Shown in pieces: positions 1 to 8,395 of a stretch of DNA of 64,000 nt (within the stretch, counting starts at the first letter, position 1; each line of letters begins with the position of its first letter). Position numbers and translations under genes: made by a program. The stretch spans positions 22,996,320-23,060,319 of the forward strand of contig CM119264.1 of assembly GCA_051294375.1 (NCBI GenBank), given 5' to 3'. The stretch is from Paraspadella gotoi. Taxonomy: Eukaryota; Animalia; Chaetognatha. The notes beneath the pieces were generated by a model that saw only the letters and a program-made list of their open reading frames with translations, made no database searches and was not told the DNA's origin.

Positions 1-713
1 GAAGAGAAAAATAAAAAACGATATAAAAATACTTTTAAATAAATATTAGGTACGTAAAACAACTTTAGAAAAGAAAGGATATAAAAAAAACTAAAAAAAA
101 CTAAAAACAAAAACAAATGAAGGAAAAGAGCGTTTGTGAACTAAATTATAGACTTAGAGAAAAAATAGGAATTTCTTTTCTTTTATCTTTAAAAGTCAAA
201 ACGTCTTAGAAATAGAATGACACTTTGTTGGTAACTGCGCCGGAGCGCCCCCGCTGCCACCCTTTCTAAAGGAGTAGGGGTTGGGAGCTGAGACGGTGAT
301 CTATGCGCAGATGGTGATGGTGATGGAGATAGTGGTTCCAGTGAGACAAGAGTTCTGGATGAAGCTTACTCTATCACCCTTCTATCGCAACTCCTCAGCT
401 CCAGACTCATAGTCATACCCTTAAACATTAAACCTTTATATTATATTACCAATGAATTTCCGCTGATTTTCTCTTCTCTTTGTCAACCAAACACATTTGG
501 TTCTGATCGTCCTTTCCCTTGTCAAATCACCATTTTGTCCCAAGACCAATTGTTCCCTTTATCAATCATCCCCTTATCGTTCCCTTTCTCCCATTCCTTC
601 CCTTTCCAAACACCAAAACCGGTCGCCCCCGCGCCCCCCCCTTTCTCCCGCCGATAATAAATAAAATGTCAGAAGCCATAACCCTCGCTGCTCGTCGTTC
701 CCTCACCCCGCAG

Positions 714-800
714 CCCATGAAATTAATGAGGTCATGAGCCAAAACTCCACCTCCTTAATTGTGGCTTCGGCCCGACCCTCGCCCGAAGGAATTAGGGAAG
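714..800 (+). CDS. Putative internal exon of an Ig-domain protein gene (upstream exons not identified)
   Basis: Acceptor CCTCACCCCGCAG| and donor GAAG|GTCGGC (phase 1). Reads xHEINEVMSQNSTSLIVASARPSPEGIRE(G) and splices in frame to the exon at 1231, giving an Ig-like 'P..IREG-TTVSFAC'. Confidence 0.5.
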
Positions 801-1230
801 GTCGGCTGCGGCGCAATGGGGAACTCTATGGTACTATTTTGTGGGGAGAATTTGGTGAGAGTAAAGTTGAGGCTTTTTGGTAGGACAAATCATTCGAGTT
901 TGGTCTTTGATGATCGTGATCATAAAGTTTTGATAAGTAGAATCATAACGACAACACAAACAAAAACTATTGTATCTTAAACAACGTCATATAATATAAA
1001 AAACACCGAAAAAAAAAAAAAGAAGCAAGGACAATGTACGTACTTTATCGATTGAAGACTGTAAAGTAAACTAAAGCAAAAAACAAGCTAATTTAAAAAA
1101 CAAAAAAAAAAAACAGGGAAACTTGGTTAAAACCTCTCAGTTACGTATTTTAATGACCTCAAAAGCATCCCAGACTTTTTATAATTAATCTTTTTGAATT
1201 TAACTAACTTACCTAAACTCACCCTGTCAG

Positions 1231-1378
1231 GCACGACGGTGTCCTTCGCCTGTCCCTCGGACGTCGCCGTCGTCTGGGCGAAACACAAATCCACCGACGT
1301 CATATTTTTGTCGGCCAACGGGATCGACAGATATTCAGGAGAAATCTCGAGGCGCAAGTACAAATTCTCTCATAATCG
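1231..1378 (+). CDS. Putative exon encoding the N-terminal half of an immunoglobulin-like domain
   Basis: Acceptor ACTCACCCTGTCAG| and canonical donor CG|GTGAGT. Translation GTTVSFACPSDVAVVWAKHKSTDVIFLSANGIDRYSGEISRRKYKFSHN has the Ig B-strand Cys and C-strand Trp spacing. The exon with the second Cys (DxGxYxC) was not found. Confidence 0.55.
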
Positions 1379-2045
1379 GTGAGTTTTCATTTCGAGAGAG
1401 AATTAGAAAGGGAGAAGGAGAATGAGGAGGTGAAAGAGAAGGAGGGAAAAAAGAAGAAAGGAGGAGGAGATGAGTTCGGCCCGTTGTTTTAATCTTTTTT
1501 TTTTTTTTTTGCTTTACGGACGACGGCAAAGTTCGAATATAAATACTAAAAAGTAAATGTTATTGCTTTGTTTCGGCGTTTTGTCCAGAAACCAATTCAA
1601 ATTATAATTGGTTTATTTAATCACGAGATTTGTCACAAGATTACTATGATAACCTGAAGAAAAGCTTAAAAATGAAAAAAACACCAATGAAATCTTCTAG
1701 AAAGAATGACGCAACTGTTGATATAAACTTTAAAGAGATAAGCGATCGACTTTTCCGCCCGAAAATGAAACCATTTGATTTATATTAAAAATCAAAGAGT
1801 ATGTTAGGTTTACATAGGATGCAGACCATATCACTTTATGGTCGGTAAGCGTGTAATTGGATAGTTTGTGAACAATCAAACAAATCATTAAGTCTTAGAA
1901 TTTAACTAAACATTAATTTCGCTCAGATTTTGAGGGTAACCGCAAACAATTTTAAAATTTAAAAAAAAAAAAAACATCGTAGATTGAAAGTGTCAAAACT
2001 CAAATCGCTAAACTAATCTTAATCAATTTTTTCAACTTTTTTAAA

Positions 2046-2383
2046 ATGATCGTAACGCGAACTATAATTTCTTTAAGCCTGTTCTTTTGTTTGGCAACAA
2101 AGGCGACAACAATTAAATTGTCGTCAACGACGACTACGCCGGCGAAACCCACCTGCGAGTGGCACGGAGAAAGGTCACCGGGCGTGCCGTTCGTCTATCG
2201 CGGCCCCCCTCAGCCCGTAGATAACACTACTCTGTCCATACTCCGGGGCTTTTGCCCGCCCGATTCTGTGCCCGACAAGGATTCCTTGTGCTGCGACGCC
2301 GCGCAAATTTTTGCGCTGAAACAAAAGCTCGACCTTATGGACTCGTTCATTGGGGGATGCCCGATCTGCTCGGCCAATTTCAG
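2046..2383 (+). CDS. NPC1: NPC1 exon 1 (signal peptide, start of N-terminal domain)
   Basis: ATG at 2046, hydrophobic leader, ..[15 protein letters not shown]; ends TTC AG|GCAGGA (phase 2). Confidence 0.9.
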
Positions 2384-3023
2384 GCAGGAAATGTTGGGCG
2401 AGAGTCTGGGAGGAGGAGGGGGACTGGGGAATCATATGGTTCTTTTAGTTCACGGGGTCTAATTATTTGGGCGAGGCGTTTGTAGGATCACATTCGGTCT
2501 AAATTGCATTTGATATAGATTCAGTTAATTACTTAATAATTAATTAATTAATTAATTAATTAATTAATTATTATTCCGCCAACCAGCACGAACGGACTGC
2601 AAAGCAACCTACAAAAATGAAAAAAAGAAGCAGTTGACCCTTTACCTTCATGTTTCCCTATCATTGAGGGACCTTAATAAACCATTTTTTTTATCACCGC
2701 CATTTCCCGTGACACTAGACGATTCTACTGTCGCATGACCTGTTCGCCAGATCAGAGCCTGTTCATGCGCACGAGAGGGACGGTCGGTGGGGGCGTTGAA
2801 GGCGCCGTCGTGGCCGTCTCTTCGTCGATGGCGACGGGGCTCTTCGACTCTTGCAAGGACGTCTCTTTTCAAGGAACAGCGGCCTTGATCTCATTTGCGG
2901 GCAACCGAATTGTGACCCGCAGAAACTGTTGGACTTTCAGGAAAGATAAGAGGAGATTGTGGTGAATGGTTGATTGAATTTTGAACGAATAATATCGGAA
3001 TATATTTTTATTTATTTATTATT

Positions 3024-3058
<35 letters not shown>

Positions 3059-6000
3059 TTATTTATTTATTTATTTATTTTTATTTATTTATTTGTTTAT
3101 TATTTTATTTATTTTATGGTTTTAAACTTTTAATTCATTTATGCATTTATTTACACATTGATTAATAATCTAAAATTGACCTTAATTTGAATCTCTCACC
3201 GACAGGGGTCTCCCCAAAATGGACAAATCAAGTTCCCCATCAAATTTCGCGTCGGCGATGACAATTTCAACCCTTCTCTCTCTTCATCCCTCTCTTCCTC
3301 TTCCTCTTCCTCCTCCTCCGTCACCCTCTCCCCCACAGCCTTCAATCTCTCCATGTGGCCCTGCCAGGCTGATCACGGCTCTGTCGGGCGATGCGCCTGT
3401 CAAAACTGCGCGGCCGCCTGTTCCACCCTAGATCTGAAGGAGTCTCAGCCTTGCACGGTCCCCGGGACGAGTGGGTCATGGATCGTGGGGTGGGGTCACG
3501 ACGAAATGCCCTGCGTCGTCTTCGCCGCGATTCTCGCCTTCGCCGTATTTTTCGTCGCGTTTTGGACGAGCGTATTCGTTGCAGCATGGAGAGGGAAAAA
3601 TAGGGAAGAGAACAGGCAGGTTTCTCTGGTTTATTTTTTTAATTTAGTTTTTTTTTTTCCTTCTTGGAAAAACTCTTTTATAGCTCATGTGATATTTAAT
3701 GTGATTTCTAAATCATCGAAATTTCCATATTCGTTAAATCCGATCATCCCCGAACTCACCGCCTGAAGCGAGATACCTTCGTCGGCTTCGTCCGCATCTT
3801 CGTCGTCGCCTTCTTACGGCGATCGCCTCGAATTAGCCATCTCGCGCGGGTTTCGTTTTTGGGGCGAATTCGTCGCTGAGAATCCTTGGTTCGTCGCCGT
3901 AATCGCCGTCGTCTTTTGCGGCTCCGGTGGCGTCGGCATCTTCTACAGGCGCGTTTTTGTCGTTTTTTAAAATTAACTTTAATTATAACTGAAAAAAAAA
4001 TCAACAATCACAAACCCACAGGCGTGTGGTGAACCAGCCGATCGATCTGTGGGCATCAAAGTCGAGCGACTCCTTCAAACAAAAGACTTACTTCGACGAG
4101 CACTTTGGGCCTTTTTATCGGACGGAGATGGTCATCCTCACTGCGGACGAGGATGTGTATCCGGCGCAGCCTGGCGTCAACATTCAGGAAAGATGGCGCT
4201 GAAGGCGGAGCAGGATGTGGAATTTAGTTTGATAATTACTAAAGATAAAATTGGTACAACCAATATAAAAATTATCCATTCATTTAATAAATAAGCTATC
4301 TTGCCATTGACTTTTGACAGGCTTTGGTGGTTTAAGGCCTCCATCACTCTTACAAGATAATGACATAGCAGGTCCCAAGGTTTCAATCAAGACTCTCTCA
4401 CAGTCTCGTTTATTCACTCCCAGAGTACCTGGCTTCCCTATCAATGAAGTGGTATAATGTTAATATATCATATTGGGGATGTAAATGATAAATTCATAGA
4501 AAATTTAAGTACCGTATTTAGTTTAATTATTAATTTTCTTCAATTTTAGAACCCGAGTCCCCAATAGAAGCATTTTTATCAAATGCTTATTTAGGATCCT
4601 AAACTAAATTTTAATCACTCGATATATTTATATAAATTACATATTTACCTAAGAATAAAAAATCCACTTTCAATCGCCACAGGAGGGCAACAGCTTCTAC
4701 CGAATGAACGTGACCGTCGGTCCCGCACTCAACAGGACTTTTCTGGAGAGAGTCTTTGCTCTACAGACCGAGTTGAGCCAAATGGTTGTTCCTTTCAAGG
4801 GCCGCGACTTGACACTCAGCGACGTCTGCTTCAAACCGATGGCGCCGGACAATGACAACTGCGTCATCTACAGTCCGCTGCAGTATTTTCAGAACAACGC
4901 CTCCAGCCTGACGCCGCCTGACGACACGCCTTGCTTTGGCCCAGTGTGGCCCTTCTACCACGTCGCATACTGTTCGGATCACCCTTACGACCTAAATGGT
5001 TACTGCTACCATGCGCCTTGCTTGGGCGACTTTGGCGGACCCGTTCTGCCTCGGCTCATTTTTGGAAACTATGACGACGACGACGACGACGATAGCAAAA
5101 ACCTTAACGCCGCCGACTACATCGCATCCAAAACAGTTGCACTAACTTACATAGTCAACAATCACATCGACCCAGCAGCCAACGCGGCGGCGGAAGCGTG
5201 GGAGGCTGCGTTCCTGGCGGCGCTGCAGCGTCGGGAGGCGGAGCTGGAGGCGGCGGGCATTCGGGTGTCGTTTCGAACGGAGCGATCGATCGCCGATGAG
5301 ATCGGGCGAGCGTCGCGGGCGGAGACATCGACGGTGGCCATCTCGTATTCTCTCATGTTTCTTTATGTGACGATGACGCTCGGAGGATGCGGAGGAGGAG
5401 GAAGAGGAGGAGCAGGGTGGAGACAAATATTCGTCGAGTCAAAGGTGATAGATTTGTCAAATACTTCTTTTTTTTTAGTCTTTGAAACCTTCCCGTTCAA
5501 CATGAAACTAAAGTAAAACTAAATTGATTTATAAAAAAAAAATGATTATCATCACAGACCAATTAAAATTTTCATAATATTTTGTTCTCGCCTTCCACCT
5601 CTCCCTCGTCCACTTCCCTCCCCACAAACAAAAGGCCACCCTCGCCCTCGGCGGCATCCTCATCGTCCTCGCCTCCATCTTCTCCTCCGTCGGCTTCCTC
5701 TCCTTCCTCTCCCTCCCTCTCTCGCTCATCGTCTTCGAGGTTCTCCCTTTTCTCGTCCTCGCCGTCGGCGTCGACAACGTCTTCCTGCTCGTGCGGGCCT
5801 TTCGCCGCGACCGTGCCCCAAGGGGCGAGGCCGTCTCGGCCAAAGTGGGCCGCGTCTTGGGCGACGTCGGGCCTTCGATGAGCCTGGCCGGCTTGGCCCA
5901 GACGGCCGCGTTTTCGGTAGGGGCGCTGGCGTCGACTCCGGCCGTGCGGTCCTTCTCTCTCTTCGCCGCCCTCGCGGTCTTCGTCAATTTCCTGATGCAG

Positions 6001-8395
6001 AATTCGCTGTTCGTGGCGCTGATGGCGCTGGACGAGCGGCGGCGACGCGGCGGGAAGCTGGAAGTGTGCTGCTGCTTGAAGGGGAGAAGGGAAGAGGACA
6101 GAGAAGACGACGTTGACGACGACGACGAAGACGAAGACAGAAGCGACGACGACTTTCTCACCCGATTTTTTAGCCGCTACTACGGGCCGTTCATCCTCGC
6201 CAAATGGACGCGACCCCTGGTGGTGACGATCTTCGCCGTATGGGTCGCCCTCAGCGCCGTCTTCATCAACTTCCTCGATTTGGGTCTCGATCAAAGATTC
6301 GCGCTGCCGTCAGATTCGTATGTCAGATCTTTTCTCGACGATTTGGCGAAGATGGACATCGGACCGCCGCTCTACTTTGTAGTTAAGGGGAGTTGAATTG
6401 ATATATATTGTTAATACTTGTAAAGTTTGGTTCAAAATATTTGTAAATTACCTATACTGAGTAGCGATTTTGAAACTAAAAGTTTTCTGTTTGTTTTTTT
6501 CAAATCTAAAATAATTTTGAAAACAATTTTAAATAAGAAAAATATTTCAAAACAACGTAGTCAGGCGTTGACTACGCGGATCCAGCGATACAAAACCGAA
6601 TCTGTAGCGGCAACGATTGCAACATCGACTCTCTGGTTAACGAAATCGCCCTGTACCAGAGCGAACCGCAGCTAACGCGGGTCGGGGAGAAGGCGACGTC
6701 TTGGTTGGACGACTACCTGGTTTGGCTCCAAAAACCCGGATGTTGCAGGCAGGAAGCTTTGCAAAGAAGAGGGATTGTTTCTAATAGATTCTTCAACTCA
6801 TCTCACCTTGCCCTCTCTTTCTTCGCAGGGTCGTTAACGGGACCGAGGACTTTTGCCCTTCCTACAACACGAGCTGCTCTGATTGTCGAGTGCAGGAATC
6901 GAACCTTCGACCGACGAGGGAAGATTTTGTGAAATACGTCGGGTTTTTCTTGAGAGACAATCCCGGTCTGACATGTCCCAAAGGTACATGGTCAACTTTT
7001 TATTTAAATGGCAAAGAATCCGTTCAATCATCACTTACCCAATTGCCCGCGCCCACCGCTTTCGGTAAGGCGGTCACGCCCAATTCTCCCAGGCGGTCAA
7101 CCTCACTTTCTTCCACAATTCTTCCGTCGAAGGCGCCTCTTACTTTATGACTTATCACACTTCGTTGAAGACAGAGTCGGACTACATCGCCGGTGTGGAG
7201 ATGGGCTTTTCGATGGCCGACACTTTCGCTGACGAGTCAGGCTTGAGGGATGAAGGCTCCGACGTTTTCGCTTACAGGAATGGTCGAGTGGTTCTAAGTG
7301 TGAACTTCTAAAGGATATAGTGATTAGAGTTATGTTAACTTTTTAAATATAATTCTAACTGGGAACTACTAAAGCATATAAAGATTAAAGTTATGAAATT
7401 GGTACAACCAATATAAAAATTATCCATTCATTTATTAAATAAGCTATCTTGCCCCTCACTTTGGACAGGCTTTGGTGGTTGAAGGCCTCCATCACTCTTA
7501 CAAGATAATGACATAGCAGGTCCCTGCAAGCTTTCATAATGACATAGCAGGTCCCTGCAAGCTTTTATGTTAACTTTTTATAGATAATTTTAACAAAAGG
7601 TTACTTTTATTTTTACTTGAACAAGTTAAATACATAAAAGTTGAAATAAGTTAACGCCACTTGGAATCTTGCCATTAATAATATCACCCAAACAATTTCC
7701 CCCCGAGTCAAGCTCAAAGAAGCTATATTGGACCCTTCCCTCTACAGCGTTTTCTACGTTTTCTACGAGCAATACATGACGATCCGCGTGGACACGGCCA
7801 TCAACATCGTCACCTCACTCGCCGCCGTCTTCGTCGTCACTTTCGTCGTCGCCGGGTTCGACTACGTAGGCGCCTTCGTCGTCGTCGTCAACGTCGTTCT
7901 CATCGTCGTCGGAGAATGCGGCGTCATGTTTCTCTGGTCAGGGGATGACTTCGAGTCGTTGAGATGTCATCTTTATTTCCTCATGTTCTCATATTTATAT
8001 CTTGGCAAAAAAGGTCAATCCCCTTAAACGCCGTCTCTCTCGCTGCAACCTCGTCATGTCGGCGTCGGAATATTCGGGCGTCGAAATTCTCCTCCCATCT
8101 CGTCCTCGCCTTTTCCCGCAGCCGCGCCTTCTCCTCCTCCTCCTCGAGCCCCCGCGCGTCCCGCGCTGCAGCGGCCCTGGCCTCCACCGGCTCTTCGGTC
8201 TTCGCGGGGATCACGCTGACGAAGTTCTTCGGCGTGGTGGTGCTCGCCTTCGCGGAGACGGAGATGTTCAGAGTCTTCTACTTTCGGATGTTCATGGCGA
8301 TGGTGGTGCTGGGGGCCTTGCAAGGGCTCGTCTTTCTTCCGGTGCTGTTGAGCTACGTGGGGCCGAAGCAGAGAGCAAAAATTGTGGGATCTTAG
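2046..8395 (+). CDS. NPC1: Niemann-Pick C1-family sterol transporter (NPC1/NPC1L1-like), 12 exons, about 1,310 aa
   Basis: Hand-spliced exons: 2046-2383, 2719-2940, 3206-3615, 3769-3948, 4022-4187, 4683-5444, 5635-6387, 6561-6748, 6829-6983, 7070-7277, 7748-7936, 8014-8395 (3,953 nt). Family motifs appear in order: signal peptide, [70 protein letters not shown], sterol-sensing domain [67 protein letters not shown]. Needs one 1-nt correction near 2884 and has garbled indels near 8040-8087. Confidence 0.95.
2719..2940 (+). CDS. NPC1: NPC1 exon 2
   Basis: CACTAG| then [20 protein letters not shown]; 1-nt frameshift near 2884, then [19 protein letters not shown]; ends TTTCAG|GAAAGA. Confidence 0.85.
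3005..3117. repeat. (TTTA)n microsatellite in NPC1 intron 2
   Basis: Directly visible imperfect TATT run. Confidence 0.9.
3206..3615 (+). CDS. NPC1: NPC1 exon 3 (end of N-terminal domain, TM1)
   Basis: GACAG| then [22 protein letters not shown] and a TM helix; ends AACAG|GCAGGT, with an alternative end at 3619 using a GT donor. Confidence 0.85.
3769..3948 (+). CDS. NPC1: NPC1 exon 4 (TM2)
   Basis: [41 protein letters not shown]; ends TACAG|GCGCGT. Not in the supplied ORF track. Confidence 0.85.
4022..4187 (+). CDS. NPC1: NPC1 exon 5
   Basis: CCACAG| then [41 protein letters not shown]; ends ATTCAG|GAAAGA. Confidence 0.88.
4248..4455 (+). mobile_element. Short interspersed repeat, copy 1 (NPC1 intron 5)
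   Basis: AATTGGTACAACCAATATAAAAATTATCCATTCATTTA..GACAGGCTTTGGTGGTT..CTTACAAGATAATGACATAGCAGGTCCC recurs nearly identically at ~7397-7524 and in diverged form at ~28350-28515. Element class unknown. Confidence 0.75.
4683..5444 (+). CDS. NPC1: NPC1 exon 6 (middle lumenal domain, TM3)
   Basis: Overlaps ORF 4704..5516; [35 protein letters not shown]; ends AAG|GTGATA. Confidence 0.92.
5635..6387 (+). CDS. NPC1: NPC1 exon 7 (sterol-sensing domain)
   Basis: [60 protein letters not shown]; ends AAG|GGGAGT. Confidence 0.92.
6561..6748 (+). CDS. NPC1: NPC1 exon 8
   Basis: [42 protein letters not shown]; ends TGCAG|GCAGGA. Confidence 0.88.
6829..6983 (+). CDS. NPC1: NPC1 exon 9
   Basis: [36 protein letters not shown]; ends AAAG|GTACAT. 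Confidence 0.88.
7070..7277 (+). CDS. NPC1: NPC1 exon 10
   Basis: [34 protein letters not shown]; ends TACAG|GAATGG. Confidence 0.9.
7396..7565 (+). mobile_element. Short interspersed repeat, copy 2 (NPC1 intron 10), 3'-truncated with a tandem duplication
   Basis: Near-identical to 4248-4376; ATAATGACATAGCAGGTCCCTGCAAGCTTT occurs twice in tandem. Confidence 0.75.
7748..7936 (+). CDS. NPC1: NPC1 exon 11
   Basis: CTACAG| then [18 protein letters not shown]; ends CTG|GTCAGG. Confidence 0.9.
8014..8395 (+). CDS. NPC1: NPC1 exon 12 (last TM helices, stop)
   Basis: SIPLNAVSL, garbled [46 protein letters not shown]..; TAG at 8393-8395. Confidence 0.88.

Noticed and set aside
1127-1363. Minus-strand ORF with an apparent AGG|GTGAGT donor
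   Set aside because: The 'donor' is the reverse complement of the CTCACC branch-like motif of the + strand acceptor, and the + reading gives an Ig-like peptide that splices in frame.
3616-3772. Treating intron 3 as certainly GC-AG
   Set aside because: An in-frame alternative exists (CAG|GTTTCT at 3620 to a GAG acceptor at 3772) in a non-conserved loop, so I counted it as ambiguous.
5529-6294. Long antisense ORFs (210 and 240 aa) over NPC1 exon 7
   Set aside because: These are shadow ORFs from GC3-rich codon usage on the + strand.
7065-7069. Perfect GTAAG donor-like motif at the end of intron 9
   Set aside because: It lies in the intron and its AG is needed as acceptor to restore CPKGGHAQ; no upstream micro-exon fits.
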